Shown here piece by piece: positions 1 through 13,852 of a stretch of DNA of 64,000 nucleotides. Under the pieces are notes generated by a model. The model saw only the letters and a program-made list of their open reading frames with translations, was not told the DNA's origin and did no database searches. The stretch spans positions 954,030-1,018,029 of the forward strand of contig RDEW01000004.1 of NCBI GenBank assembly GCA_011109175.1, written 5' to 3'. This stretch comes from Dicyema japonicum. Its lineage: Eukaryota > Animalia > Dicyemida. Made by a program: the position numbers and the translations under genes. The first letter of the stretch is position 1; each line of letters starts with the position of its first letter.

Positions 1-60
1 GATTCGAACCCGTAGCCTAAACCACTTAAGCCCGACACCTAACCACTATGCCACTCGGCC
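1..60 (-). repeat. tRNA-derived head, probably a SINE 5' end, running off the window edge
   Basis: Reverse complement GGCCGAGTGGCATAGTGGTTAGG...ACGGGTTCGAATC has a Pol III A box (TGGCATAGTGG) and B box (GGTTCGAATC), but the anticodon stem pairs poorly. Confidence 0.55.
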
Positions 61-178
61 AGCCTAGGAATTGTGTGTCCTGGCTATGCGGAGCTATAAA
101 TACTATGGCTCTCGTGAAAAGGCTTTATTAAAAACCAGTACATAATCCATTTAATGATAACTTTCCTTGCAAGACTAA

Positions 179-1241
179 TTAAGTTTCCGAGTAGAATTCA
201 GAAGGTGACCCCAGTAGCTACTTCTGCTGCTCGATTACTTTCTGTTGCATAATTTTGTCATAAGCATATTTTGATTTCTTTCCAAATTTGCAATTATCAA
301 AGTATTCCCAGAAACATCTTCAAGACTTGCATCAGCAGTGGCATACAATACAGTCTGTGCACCATCTTCCACCGTCTATTAGTCAACATTGTAATATCTC
401 ACCCTGCCAAAAAGTTTCATGACATATTTCAAAATGGAATATAATGGAACTTTCTCATAAAAATTACTATAAATGACTCCAGGATGCAGTGCATTAAAAG
501 TAACGTAATTATGCGGAATTTTATCAGCAATGCATTGACAGAAATATAGCTGACATAGTTTGCTGTTGCCATATGATTTGGTTATATCAAGAGATTTCCC
601 TTTCAACAACTCCTCGTTTATCCTCCCTGCCAACTTGTGTGCCCACGAACTAACGAAAACGACTCTACTTGGTTGACTTTCAATCAATTTATCTTAAATA
701 TATTCATGAAATGACCCAATAAAAGTTTAGTGAGGAGAAAAGGAGCAAAGTAGTTAACCTGCATCACAGTCTCAAATCCGTCTTTGGTTTCCTCATAATT
801 AAACGCTAAAATAATCCATCAAATAACAAGCAAGCCCAGCGTTGTGAATAAGAGCGTACAAATTGCTCTCCTCCTGGCAAAATTCATAAGAAAATTTCTT
901 GACTGATTCAAAGGAAGCAAGGTCGAGTTCCATAACTTTAATATTTGAATTTCCCGTATCATTTTCTATCCTATTGGCTGCCATTTGGGCATTTGCTACG
1001 TTTCTGCATGCCAATATCACACGTGATCCTCTGTGGGCTAATCCTTTCGAAATTTCATAGCCAATTCCTATAATATCACAAATCTTAATTATTCACCAGA
1101 TGCACCCCCAGTCACTATTATTGTCTTACCGGACAAGTTTTTGCGACTATCATAGACTTTGGTCATTGTTTTCATATAAATCCAGTAAATGAAATAAAAA
1201 ATATAGAAAATTATCAAGAAACCCCCCAAACTCCAAAACAT
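179..1241 (-). CDS. Retinol dehydrogenase 11-14-like short-chain dehydrogenase/reductase with N-terminal TM anchor; 4-5 tiny introns
   Basis: Spliced translation gives TGGASGIG, ILACRN, LDLAS, HNAGL, QVNYFAPF, YGNSK and LHPGVI. Introns: 1068-1096 (29 nt), 806-827 (22), 693-715 (23), 376-402 (27), probably 218-238 (21). If the last is not spliced, the stop is at 218-220. Confidence 0.9.
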
Positions 1242-1829
1242 TTAATTAACTACTTTTAATATTTATTGAAAATAAGTAAATTTTTAATTAATTATATATT
1301 TAACAAAAAACGAAAATTCCCAAGGATCTTTTAAAAATTACCTTTAATAAGCACTTGAGACCGGAAGAGTAAGAAAAAATCTGTTTACTATATATATTTT
1401 ATGTCAGAATACACTACAGTCAATTCACCTTATTATTGCGGTAAAAGTCGCTAATTTGGTAGACTCTCAGCTGGTGTTTACCATTTTCTTTTTAATCAAC
1501 TGATCCTCATATATGTCAAATACATGACATATGATATGAGTCTGTGTTTTTCAGTTTTTACCTTTATGACTTTCAAATAAGTAACAAGGCTCTCTTACAT
1601 ACTCAATTCTGAATGACAGCAGTCACACCAAAATCACTTTACTTTATGACAAGGCTAAACAATTCCGTTGAATCAGTTTTTAGAGATTTTTTGGACATTA
1701 ACAGTGACACAACCTCTTGAGTATATATCATCTCGGTGGACACATATCTTTCTGATATGAATTTTAACCCTAAATTTTGAGTTTTACAAAAAGTTAGAAA
1801 TTCTATCGAAAGTAAAAGATTATTTTATT

Positions 1830-2256
1830 ACAAATGCCCTCTCGTGTCGAAGAAGTGCAGGAAGATTCCCAGGACAAAGGCGATCAAAGGAATAGTCAAG
1901 CGAGCCCTGGAGTCAGCGGGATACCCTGCCATACTTGAACCTGTTGTCCTGGACACGAAACGGAAAACTTCCTGACGGGCCCATCCAACATTGTCGGGAG
2001 TGTGGTAGACACAGTGTATGCCGGCTGAAAAAACAATGAATGCAAGATAAAAAAATATGAAACATTGCACGATCGGTTCACTTTCTATCCCATTGTGGTC
2101 AAGACAACTGGAGGAATAAGTGGAAAATCGAAACTTGGACACCTAGCTACAATAAAAAGCCACGACACACGCGAGACCCGATGGCTTCTCCAGTTGATTT
2201 CAGTTGCAAACATGAGAAGCAACGCAACGTCGATAATGTCCACTTTGGATGGTTGA
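1830..2256 (+). mobile_element. CRE-like (RLE endonuclease) non-LTR retrotransposon, 3' fragment
   Basis: Degenerate RALESAGYPAILEPV...PDG and terminal ISVANMRSNATSI, the same family as 22784-23310. Confidence 0.7.
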
Positions 2257-2444
2257 TTGCTAAAGTTTGTCAAACTATTATTACAAACAAATAAGTTTTA
2301 TTAATTACATTTATTTATAGAATCACGAAAATCAATTGTAATTAATTAACACTAAGAAAGCTGAATTCCTCTCTTCTCCAAATAATTCTTTTTTTGATAT
2401 TCCTTTATATTGTCAGTGTTCAAGTTAGATAGGTCACATTGTAT

Positions 2445-3590
2445 TTATTATTATTATGGCACTTTCACGAAAGCCATAATGCCCCGCATGTGCAACACTC
2501 AAAGAAACAATATTTATAGTTAATCTCTTCCATCTTCCTCTGCGAATGCGAGTGATCTCAATTCGTTCAGGTCGTCCCCCATCTTTAGATTTTTTTAGAT
2601 CTTTGTTTAGGGAAGTCGGAAGTGTCGATCTAGGTAGTCCGCGGAAGGGTTTGTCACAACTGTCAAAGTAATCTTCCATTGCTTTGTTAGCGGTGCGTCC
2701 GGGTTTATTCTTAGTACATGCCTAAATAGCCTCCACCGGCAATCTATCACATCCTTGCTGATGTAAGAACACATACACTTGTTGTAAATACCAGTGGTTG
2801 ATATTATTCGTGGCCACTCCATTCCGAGTAAGCTTCTTAGTTGCCTTCAATGGAACGAATCCAGTTTCGATAGTTCGTTGAAGGAACTTCCCCAGGTCCC
2901 AGCGTTGTACAGTAAGATCGGTTTCACAAACACGTTGTAAAGCCTGCATCTGATGTCAATTCCAAGTCCTTTGGCCTTAGCCATCCTTTCTTCAGTTTAG
3001 CCATTGCCGCATTTGCCAGTGTTTTCCTCCTTAGTACATCTTCAGCGTCTCCTACTAGAGAGCGGAGCTTATTAGTACGTCTCTTTCATGAGTAATATCG
3101 TCTTCTCTTTTGATTTCCGTAATTTCAGTTTTGTTTACATTTACGCTGAGAAACCATTTCTCAAGCTCCGCAGGTGCATTTTCTAGTAGGTGTTGGAGTG
3201 CGGTCACGTCCCGTGATACGAAATCCACATCATCCGCATAAGATGTCTCTTCTATGTCTCCTATATAGCATTTACGGAGGTCGCGGAGTGCAGATTCAAG
3301 GTATATGGTGAATAGTAAAGGGGAGAGGGAATCACCCTGGGGTGTCCCAATCGTTGTTTTGAAACTGCGGGAAGTTGCTCCTTCTGTCCTCACAGATAGT
3401 CTTGTGTTCGCAAGTAGTAGTCTGATTATCCTAACCGACGATTCATCCAATATTTGCTCAAGCACATTCATCAGTTTCTGTCTGTTTATTGAGTCAAAAG
3501 CTCTGGAGAGATCTATTCCCAACACGGTCGTTGCGCTCTTGAATCTTTGGTGCGTTGCACAGCGCCATCTATGGCTCCGTAGACCTCCCT
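2445..3590 (-). mobile_element. RTE-like non-LTR retrotransposon, RT plus 3' end, degenerate
   Basis: GIDLSRAFDSI, GTPQGDSLSPLLF, YADDVDF, RWRLFRHVLR; short (TAA)n tail near 2445-2457. Confidence 0.88.
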
Positions 3591-4400
3591 TCTCGGAACC
3601 CACTTTGTATTTGAGTGCAATAAATCTTGCGATAGTGGTCATATGGGTTTTCCTTTGTTTTAGGACCCGCAATATTCCTGCCCTTCGAAGACACATTGAA
3701 GATTTCCTCTACTTTTTACCTCCAATAGCTTTTTGCTGATTGCTTCTTTTTCAAATTGTCATATGCGCATTGTGCAGCATAAATAATGTCAGTTATTTCA
3801 TTCATGTCCGTTGGCGGAGATGACGACACATAATTTGATATCACTGCATTTAATGTAATAAGAACATGATTATGGAATCTTCTGTGTGGGTTTCCTTCCA
3901 TCTCGGGGAACTGATTTAAATCTCTCAACTTGAACATAAAATTCTTTTTTGCATCTTTCATACATAGAAATTTCTGTTTTTGCTAAGTTGTTCTCCGAGC
4001 GTCCTGATCCGATTAAGCATCTCGACTTTTCTGGTCCACGTGGGTCTTTTTATTAGGCTTTACATTCAATAGTTTTCTAACGCCGAGTACACCTTTATGA
4101 GTGGAGAAACGAGCATTGAATTGCTGGACAATGAGACTCCATCCACCCCGAGAGATTTTCCCGAATCTCCTTTTCGCAGAGTTGACAACCATTGAGATCC
4201 ACTCGATCCTGTCACCTGATCGAATCTCAGTGATTAATGCTTTAAGGGACAGCAGATGAGCAGGAACATTTCCCACAGGAGATCTTATGCTAGTTCCATT
4301 GGCATCATGTAGTCCCGAAGACACACTTCTAATTGGTTTCTATCTTCAATATTCTCTGTAAGACAGCCCTCAGGATTTGTTTGCAAACTGGTGAAAACAT
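3590..4400 (-). mobile_element. Internally deleted relative of the R4-like element at 28602-32122
   Basis: PPTDMNEITDIIYAAQCAY matches PPQDINQITDILYAAQCAY, and CLRRAGILRVLK...IARFIALKY matches CLRRSGILRVIK...IAGFLASKY. The RT between these blocks is missing. Confidence 0.75.
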
Positions 4401-4451
4401 AGCACCACTAGAACAAAAACTTGATAGATTTATTAAAATGTAATTACAAAT

Positions 4452-6064
4452 TCAGATATTTTTAGTAAATTTCTCATAATTATGTTCAAAATTAATATGC
4501 TTAGCACAAAATGCAGCAAAGTCAATCAGTCTGACATCATCGTACTGTCTCCCAATAAGCTGACATGACATCGGCAAGCCTTCCTGTGACAAACCACATG
4601 GAATTGAAATGGCCGGCAATCCTACAATAAGAAAAACTCTCAACCAGTCAAACTAGCAGGTAACGTAAAGATATCATATTTATTGTCCGTCCCCAAAGTC
4701 TCTGCTTTCTTTGACTCTTCCCACGTGGGTGGAAAACAGAAAACCGTTGGCAGCAAAATATAGTCAACAGACGAAAAGGCACGGATGAAATCATCAAATA
4801 TCAATTTTCTAACTTTCAGGGCTTTTTCGTAGTACGCTTTATAATTCCTGACAAGTTAACAAAAAAACGACTCTTTTAAGGTGAAATAATTTCCGGCTAT
4901 AATTCTTTTTTTGACTTCATTTCCAAGAGATCGAGTTCTCACAACTCCAACGGCTTCCTCGAAATTTGATGTATCTCCATCGGAACTGAACCCTAGGATA
5001 TTTGATGATGTTAACCATAACGGACGCCATCGTACCTTGCCATATTTGATGCAACGTCTCCACAGCAAAGCACATCATAGCACATCCCGCAGTAACCCAT
5101 GTTGTTCAATTTCACATCTTTTTCAATTTTTATGTTATTTTTGGATAATAAACCAATCACTTTGTCTATTCCGTTCAAAACCTGGGAGTCAACATGATCT
5201 GCAAAGCCAATATCAGCCACTCCAACTCGAATACTTGACAAATCAGCATGATTTACTCCAAAATCACAAGTGACATTCGACATTGTCATATCTCGACCAT
5301 CAGGGCCGGTACAGACATACTTTAATACTGTCTTTATATCAGAAATGTGTCGGGAAATAAACGAAGGGGTGTCCATCGTATTTGCAAGGGGGATAAGTCC
5401 ATGACGGGAACACAAACCATAAGATGGTTTAAAACCAACCACTCCGCAAAATGACGCAGGAAGTCTAGCAGATCCTCCAGTGTCCTCTCCAATAGAACTA
5501 CTGATAAACATTAAATTCATACACAGTGGAAACACCTAGAAGAGCAGACACGGCAGAACCGCTAGAACTTCCTCCACATACACGTAATTCATCCCACGGA
5601 TTCCTTGTTCCCCCAAAACAGCTATTTCGTCCAGAACACCTAGACAATTAACTGCCTGGGTTACCCCATGCTGAATTCATCCAAATTCGTTTTGGCGGTG
5701 ATAACAGCTCCGTTCCCGATCAGCCTCTCAATTACAGTGGCCGAGTAAGAAGGAATAAAATTTGTCAGTGTTTTTGATGCGCATGTCGTTGGAAAAGCTT
5801 CAACGCAAAATGAGTCTTTGACTGTGACTGTTAGTCCGTAGAGAGGTCCTTTTTGTGATTAAAAAATACTTTTAATTTTGAAATTTTTAAAATATAAGTT
5901 TAAAAATTTGTCTTTATTAAGCTTGAATATCAGAGCATTATATCTTTCAGTTTGAGTGAGAGATTTCCAAATTGAATCTGCTATCTCATTTTCTCCAAAA
6001 CATTTTCTCACCTACACATCACATGAATAAAATTAACAGAATCAAATGTTCCGTACAAGCGCAT
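4452..6064 (-). CDS. QRSL1: Glutamyl-tRNA(Gln) amidotransferase subunit A, mitochondrial (GatA)
   Basis: PLYGLTVTVKD, KTNLDEFSMG, GGSSSGSA, GEDTGGSARLPASFCGVVGFKPSYG, SNMARYDGVRYG, GLPAISIPCG. Introns of 21-26 nt, e.g. 4622-4644 and 4848-4871. Start codon less certain. Confidence 0.92.
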
Positions 6065-6096
6065 GCTTTTAAAATTTTAGTCATAATTAATTTTAA

Positions 6097-6900
6097 ATTA
6101 TTATAAGCAGCATGCGTAAAATTATAATATTTATAATTTCACTCATGCACCATTCAAAACAATCCTCCTAACCAACCTCTTCCAACCTCCTCGATCGTAA
6201 GAGAGCTTCCTCAGCTCGTCCAGGTCGGCCCCACATCTTAGACGTTTGTTGACGAGCTTTAGATATCTGTCAAGTGTTTCTGGTAGTGTAATACGCCGGC
6301 GTCCACGAAACCACGGTCTCATGAAGTAATCCTCTATTGCTATGTTGGCTGGGGCACCAAATCCATACATAATATATGTCCAAATAGCCTCCAGCGCATA
6401 TCAACAATTTCGAGACTTAGTGGACTCGTGCAACATTTCTTGTATAGCGATTCCTTGTTTATTTTTGCTGATCAGTTCAGTAAGGATTTAAGTTGTCTTC
6501 GATGGAAAGAGTCTAATCCAAGTTGTTCGGTTTTGGGCGTCCCCCAGGTCGATGAATTGTACATTCGGATCGGCTTGACAAAGGCTTCATACAGTCTCGA
6601 ACGAAGTTATGTTCAGGATCGTCGTTTGCCAATCCACTCTTTCTTCAACTTGTTCACCGTTATCCAAGTGAGGGCCTTCCTTCTGGAAATATCTTTACTG
6701 TCTCCAAATAAAGAGCCAAGTTTGTTTGTTTTTCGCCATGTTTCACTTGATCTACTTTCCATTCTCCTGATTTCCACAATTTCGGTTTTTGGGGTGTTCA
6801 TTCCAAGGAACCATCGGTTCAGATTGATCCTTTGTGATCATTTTGATTATCTAGCCGATGGACTAGGTCGTCCGCTTGTGACCCAAGGATACCTGACATC
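6097..6900 (-). mobile_element. RTE-like retrotransposon 3' fragment
   Basis: WRKTNKLGSLFGD, RWRLFGHI, RGRRRITLP, DRGGWKRLV. Confidence 0.8.
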
Positions 6901-7259
6901 CCAACACCGACAAATGATCCTCAGAAATAATTAGGTTTTTCTTTTTGATCCTTGTCTTTCTAGGAAGCATTGCCTGGTTCGACGTGGAACTAACTAAATC
7001 TTTCTGAGAATACAACACACAGGATTTCGAATATTTACAAGGTCGTCTAACATTGCTTCATTTGCCAGTAGGTTCCAAAAGAAAATACCAGCATAAGAGA
7101 ACGCATTTTTAATGTCATGAGACAGGCATTCCGAGGGAAACAACTCAACTTTCATATAGGGGATAAATCAAACATAAAATAAAATAAGAAAGCAAACGGT
7201 AAGTTGCGGTTAACCACAAAATTAACATGAAAATTACAGGCATATCTGTCGTCCATACT

Positions 7260-8430
7260 ATTTTCTTGGATGCCCACTTGGCAGTGCAGAATTACGGAAA
7301 CACTTTCAGTCCAAAGCTCAAGAACATTCCCTCTTTACGAAAAGACTTGCTATTCTGGATTTCCACACATCTTTTTTCCTCATGAGGAGAAGCTTATGTT
7401 TGTCAAAATTGCAATACGCTCTGCGGAGTTCTCAGTGCTTGGCCATCGAGATATGCTACTGAGTCTGGCTTGATCAGACGCCAAGGCAAACCGTCGAGTC
7501 ACTACTAAATATACGTTTTGACGAACTGGGTTGAACACAATGCAAACTTCCTTCAAATCCCGAAAGAGTTGACCTAAAATCGGTTTTAGAAATTGCCCAT
7601 CCGGCATACCTATAGTCGCTTTCGAGGTACAGTCATCTCGTACGAGAAATCTTACGTCACCCAACTGGACTTTTTATTTATTTGACGAAGCTTGCGTGCA
7701 GTGGAGGGAAGCAGGATTTCAGCTGATGTTTCGAATCAGAACAAATGAGACGCAATTTCCTGCAAGGCTATCGTTGATATTCTAAAGCAAGAGTCGAACC
7801 AACACCGACTAGCCTGTTTGTTATGGGAGTGGTGTATTTCCATGCTCTTCTTTCGGAACTCGGAATAGAACAACGATTGGGACTTGACGTCAGTCAGAAA
7901 CACATATACCATTGTGGAGGACTAGTTGACATCAAAGGACTACATCATTTGTCTTGCAAAAGGAGTGCAGGTCGCTCACCTCGTCACGCCGTATTGAATA
8001 ATGTTATTCTGCGAACTTTAGAGGCAGTAGGCTTCCCAGCTTAACTGGAGCCTATTGGACTCGATCGTGGAGATGGCAAGAGACCAGACGGAATGACGCT
8101 TTTCCAATATTCACAAGTAACCTGTTTTAGATACCTTCTCCACTTCGTTCCTTCTGATATGTGCTCAGAAACCTAGATCTGCGGCCAATAGCAGAATTGA
8201 CCAAGATCCAGAAGTACTCGGCCATTGGAGACTGGTACCGATTCACACTAGTGGCCATAGAAACGTCGAGAGCCGTAGGATCTTTCACTGCGGCTTTTCT
8301 GAAAGAAATAGGAGAGAAACTAGCGAGCAGAAAAAAACCCTGTGAATCGTTCTGGCTAAGGCAACGAGTCGGGATTTCCTCATTACGAGTAAACTCATTC
8401 TCAATCCTATCTACAAAGGCTCATTTCTTT
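7260..8430 (+). mobile_element. CRE-like non-LTR retrotransposon, 3' half, degenerate
   Basis: KLQYALRSS, CGGLVDIKGLHHLSCKRSAGRSPRH (CCHC+RH), GKRPDG, VAIETS, LRVNSFSI. Confidence 0.82.
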
Positions 8431-9561
8431 TTTCTGTCTTTTTTCAGTGATAAAAAATTTTTTGATTAAAAAAGGAAGACTTTACAGATTAAATTAAAAT
8501 TATTCAGAGTTAAAAAATAAATACAGATATAAAGTCGAATTATAGGAGGTTTTTAAAAATCGATTTAATAAAACACGTAATCATAGAGCCGCGTGGTTAC
8601 ATATGGTGCCATTTGGTTACCTGATTGAAGATTTCTCTCCCTTCCCTCTGGTGGCGTCATTGGATCTACTTTACTTAGGAGACGCCCAATGCCTGTGCAG
8701 CATTTAAAAGGTCCATTCATTACACCGGGAGACAATTTCGTTCCCTTGCGATCTGGATCACAGTGCTTGGGTGAAGGTCTTGCTGGAACACCTCAGGATC
8801 AAGGAATTAGGTTTTACCCTTGGTCTTTGGAATAATTTAATAAATTAAATCCGTACAAGTCAGAATTGAATATTTAAGAATGATAAGATGACTCAGAATT
8901 ATCATTGTAATAAAAATAATTTTAAATGAAACTCATAAAAAGTAAGGGTTTGAAGGACCCTTATAAGTTTTCAGTGATTATATGTGCAAGTCGCATTATG
9001 ATTGAATCAAGTGTTATTCAATAGATTTGTAATGGCCTGATGTAAGGTTAATCACATAAAATGGGTTTAGTACACGTTGGAGGGAATATAAAAGAAACAA
9101 TTACTTTTTCAAAAGTTTAAACTATTAAACAACAGTAAAATTTACACGATAACAAAGAAATAATTCAAGATTGATGTAAAATCGATGAACAGCCAATAAT
9201 ACTTAAATTAACGAATAATGAAAGAGTATACGCAAATCGGCTCAAAATTGATGCAAATTATCACCAATTAGTGATAATTTTAATCTTAAATGGGTCGATT
9301 ATTTAAATGCGAATTAATATAAAAATATGCACTGATTGCATATTCTGCTGGAGAAATCTGGAGTTTTCAGATTATTTTATTCTTTCATATGTGGCGGTAT
9401 TATTTTATTTTGCCCGTTTCATTGTTTGATTTAATAAGCGCATGCCGTTTTGCAGAATGCTACGTATCGTTTCCAGTCTTTTCTGAGTTTTTCCTTCATA
9501 AGTTATTTTTAAGGTAATTCACGTGCTTTTAATTTAATTTTTAGACTATTTTAAACACGGA

Positions 9562-12222
9562 ATGCATCCTTATAGGCCTAACCAATATTTTTTTCCTAAC
9601 CACACGCGTGATCAACCTGTCGATAATTACAATGATCAGACGTGGCCTAGACTGCCCAATATGCCAGATTATGGGCATCCACAATACCATCAATATACTC
9701 AGATGTATGAATCAAATCTTCACTGTCAACCCAATTTTCAAGTGAGTCCTATTCTCTACTTTAAGTACCTAAATGCTACTAACAGATCCAGTGCAGATTC
9801 GATCCCACAATTTCACAACTACCAGGAAGATTATGTAGTCTTGTTTATTGACACGTGCTAGTCTCATATGAATGTTAATACTCCCCCAAACATGATGAAT
9901 TCTCAGTTTTTTCCTCCAAATAATGGGCCTAATCATGGTAATGAGACTCCAAATTCTGTCAACATGGGAGCCATTGCAGCCGCTGAGGCGGCCGTTAAAG
10001 ACGCCAGAAACTCCTCGTGGTTGAAGAAAGCTCCGATATTGCCTCATACAAACGATCATCCATTTCGTCTGCCTGACCCGTACAATCAGAGATTCCGATC
10101 TGCCCCGTTAGAAAGTCCTGCGAGATATGCGAACTTTATGGGGAACTACAACAGACATTATTACCCTCAGCCACTCCAAATGAGGTCTGGTTTTTCTCCA
10201 AATATACCAGATCATCCTCAATGTATATAATGAAATAAAATTAACTAGTTCGGTACATGAATCCAGACCAAAGAATGTCCTACCATAATATAGAATCTGG
10301 TGGGTTTTATAGGCCATCTTCTGACTTTAAACGACTTGTTACGATGGGGAAAGAGCCTGATAGGGCTCAGTTCGTCAGTCAACTCATAAGTTTATGTGAA
10401 GAAAATGGGGTAAATATGACTTCCCTGCCTGTTGTCGCCAAGAAGGTAGTGGATTTGTATACTCTCTACAAAAGAGTTAAAGATTTGGGAGGATCTGTTA
10501 ATGTATTGTCTCATATTCACTTTGTAGGTTCACAAAACTCGAAAATGGAAGGATCTAGCCATTTCCTTAACCGGGAATAACTCAACTAGTTTGGCCTACA
10601 GCATTAAAAGAAACTATATCAAGTTCTTACTCCCATATGAGTGTAAATATGACATAAATGCTGACATAAACGTCATTCTACAAATTTTGGAGCCGAGGAA
10701 AGATACAAATACTCCCACTGGATTAGGAGACGACGGTTTCGATGATGCAATTTCTCTTTTAACCTCTCCTTCTCCCATTTGTCCCGAAAATTCTAATCCC
10801 AGATATCCTCCTAATCAAATCCCAGAACAAAGACCCCAGTCAAGTTTTCTTATAGAAACTGTATTTATAGTTGTCAGACCTTTTTGGATGACAAACATGC
10901 CTTCCCCTGTCTGTGCTCCTTCCATGCAACTAATTCAGAGGCCGTTGGGTAGTTCCCAACCCCCAAAAGTTATGCCGATGCAAAATAAACCCCATCTTGG
11001 TACTAAAAAATTTTATTTTCTAGATCATAAGCAAATAATGTGTTCTCTCAGATCAGGACTACCAGTGCACGTGTTTATTGCTGTGGTTGTCCTTACAAAA
11101 ATTTCATCTCACCTTTTCTCTTCAGAACTGGCTAGGACGTTAATTCTTACCTGTAATGGGACCTTGCTTGATCTTCTTTTACAGCATTGGACTGAAGCAC
11201 TCCAAGTAACGTTTCCAGGATATTTTGATGATCTCCCATCCATTGATGAAGAAGACGAAATTTCATTTGATCTTTTTTTTGAGGAGATTAGGAGGGTTGA
11301 TACTCAAGCTCATCTATGCCGATTAAGCGCCGAATTGATGATCAAAGACGTGGTTCCGTCAGATGTGGATAAAAAACACAAGCTGTGCCAATACATCCCC
11401 CATATATTACGGAATATATCCTTTATTCACGTAAATCACATTCCTATGGCACGGAGTCGGACGCTTATTTGTATCCTTAATCGTGTTTTGACGTTTTTTG
11501 GAAACGATTCTCTGAATTCCCTCAGATATACTATATTGGAGGATTCCTTTGTCATTTTGTCCAACATAACAGTCAGCTTGGATCCTGATTTCGTTTCCTA
11601 TCTTGTTAGGTCCATTTTTTTGTGGATCATTGACCACTCATTGAGAATCTCTACGTTAGAGGATTTTTCCCCCGCTTTATGTCCCACTAGACTGGCCACT
11701 GAATGTTTGAATAATGTGGGGGCTAATAAGAAGAATATTCCCTTAATTCTCAAATCCATGGCCTCTGAGTTATCCCGTCTTTTCAAAGTGTTGGGGGATG
11801 AAGCATATACAGAGGATATTGTTATACGTGAGTTAAACACTTCTTTGATTTGCATGCTTACTAATGGCTTGTATGACTCCTCTGAGTTTATTTCTGTTCG
11901 AAATGAAGTTTGTCGAGGTCTGTGGCAGGGAATTGGTTCAGTCGATTGTCTATTTTTTGAACACTTGTTGGGCATTTGCTCGGGATATGTCAAAATCTAA
12001 CATGCGGGGGGAGATTTTGATCAGTTTGAGTGATTTCCTCATCTGTCAGGCAATTTTGGTTTTGGATAATCTAAGTCAGTCCATCTTGGCTGATGGATTT
12101 CTTCGAATAAGTCATTTTTGACTCACATTTTCAATGAGAATGTGGTCCCTTTGTATTATAGTGACTGTTTTACTGGACAGGTCCGTTCTAAGCTGGAATT
12201 TTTAGTATACCGTTTTTTATGA
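9562..12222 (+). CDS. ARID1: ARID1/Osa (BAF250) SWI/SNF subunit, strongly shortened
   Basis: P/Q/N/Y-rich N-terminus; ARID domain EPDRAQFVSQL...VDLYTLYKRVKDLGG|VHKTRKWKDLA...IKRNYIKFLLPYE; BAF250_C motifs IMCSLRSGL and ILRNISF. The end is 12121 as written, or 12222 if one base is missing near 12095. Confidence 0.85.
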
Positions 12223-12749
12223 AATTTTTGCTAATGTTGGATTATATTGTCTTACACTTAGCTGTTGATAGTTTTGTATCATTTAATAAATTTGGATTTT
12301 TACATATTAATTTTCGATTATTACCTGGGGTTGTGTAAGACACATAAGATATTCCTTTGTTACACGTTAGTGACATACTCGGATAAATTAACAAAGAAAC
12401 TTTATTTTTTCCATTATTTGAAGGATTTTTGAGTTTTAGCAAAATTAGAATTTAACTATTTACTTGGCCTGGTGGTTAAGGTTGGCTCTGTTTGACAGAC
12501 TTTATGATAAATTAAGGTTTTCATGTGAGTGCATTTGTAGCTAACAGGCTCAACCTCTCTCCCTTACCAAACAACTACCAAACCGTTTGCTTGGCTATTT
12601 TGCCATTCCCAGATTTCTCTAATGAGATTATGAAACTGAACCATGGACCAAATCATAAGACAAATCATCCCTTCTCTTGTATTGTCCGCCTTCGATGCAC
12701 ATATCGGATATACACAACAGATCTCTTTTAATATTTGATTTGTTTTATC

Positions 12750-13000
12750 GATGTTGAATACCTTTGGAGACCGTGGTCCCAACAGAGATAGTAAACGCCG
12801 TGATGGAATTACAATCTTCCGTTCAAGGAAAGGAAGCCACTTGTATGGGACACCGTCGATTGCCTTTTTTCTACCGACATTCGACAGAAAATAGGAACAA
12901 GTTTAAAGGGAAAAAATTAGGAGGTTCTTCGGGGTAGTTTATTTTCCGTATAAATGTTGTCGAGGCAACTGGAGGTTTAATAGGAAGCCTTTATCTTTCT
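12750..13000 (+). mobile_element. CRE-like 3' fragment
   Basis: DSKRRDGITIF...GKPLVW-like segment followed by VEATG. Confidence 0.55.
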
Positions 13001-13312
13001 TTCAAAGGTGATTCTACACTCAGAATTCATGACTCCTCAGCTGATCTCTGTTTCTATCTTGAATATTAGCGGGAATCAACACTTGAAACTTGCTTAAAAA
13101 ATACACAAATTTCTCAAAGTAAATACCAAATTTCTAACAAAATAATGTTTTGGCTTCAAATAACTAACACTGAATTGTGACTTTCTCTGAGTCTTGAACG
13201 TGCAATGTAATAATTAATATCATCTAGTAATTTAGGGATATAAACTAGTTAGTCGTTAAGTGGTCGGATACTATTGGCTTAGCTCAATTTAGTACACTTA
13301 ATGTCTTATATA

Positions 13313-13852
13313 CAGTAAAGTCTCTCTAATTGGCCATAAATTATTAAAAACAAAATTTATTTTTAATAATCTTTTTCTATTATTTTATTAAAAAATCAAA
13401 ATTTAAAACTAAAATTTTACCATGTGTTCCAAAGCTTCTCTTCAAGACTTAATTGTTTCCAAAACTCAAAATTTTGAGATTTAAAGACGAAAATAATACT
13501 ACAAACAATCGCTCACAGATTTTCTCATTAAATATTCGAATTTCAAGAAAAGCAGTGAATAATATTCCTTAATTCCAGAGAGTTAAAAACATAAAAATTA
13601 TATTCCCTCAATAAAGACATAATTTTGATACTAGGCTTGGTTTTTGGATGCATAAATTTTTTATAACACGATTTGGTGGATTTAAAAATTTCAAAGATCG
13701 GGTTTCAATTATGTTATGTACAAATATGACTGGAGCTTATTAATTAAAGCCAATTATGATTCCAAAATCTGAAATACCCAAAGTAGCCAAATTCCCAAAT
13801 TGGCCACAAATATTTCAGGAACAATTTTAGGCCAATTTAAGGGACTTTATTG
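13313..13852 (+). mobile_element. pogo/Tigger-family non-autonomous DNA transposon
   Basis: TIRs CAGTAAAGTCTCTCTAATTGGCC and (reverse complement of right end) CAATAAAGTCCCTTAAATTGGCC; TA on both sides (13311-12, 13853-54); internal relic GFKNFKDRVSIMLCTNMTG..LKPIMI of a DDE_1 transposase. Confidence 0.85.

Noticed and set aside
1-60. Functional tRNA gene
   Set aside because: The anticodon stem is mostly G-T or mismatched and the 3' end is outside the window, so it is treated as a SINE-like head.
12466-12490. A-box-like TGGCCTGGTGGTTAAGG
   Set aside because: No B box or cloverleaf follows; at most an eroded SINE.
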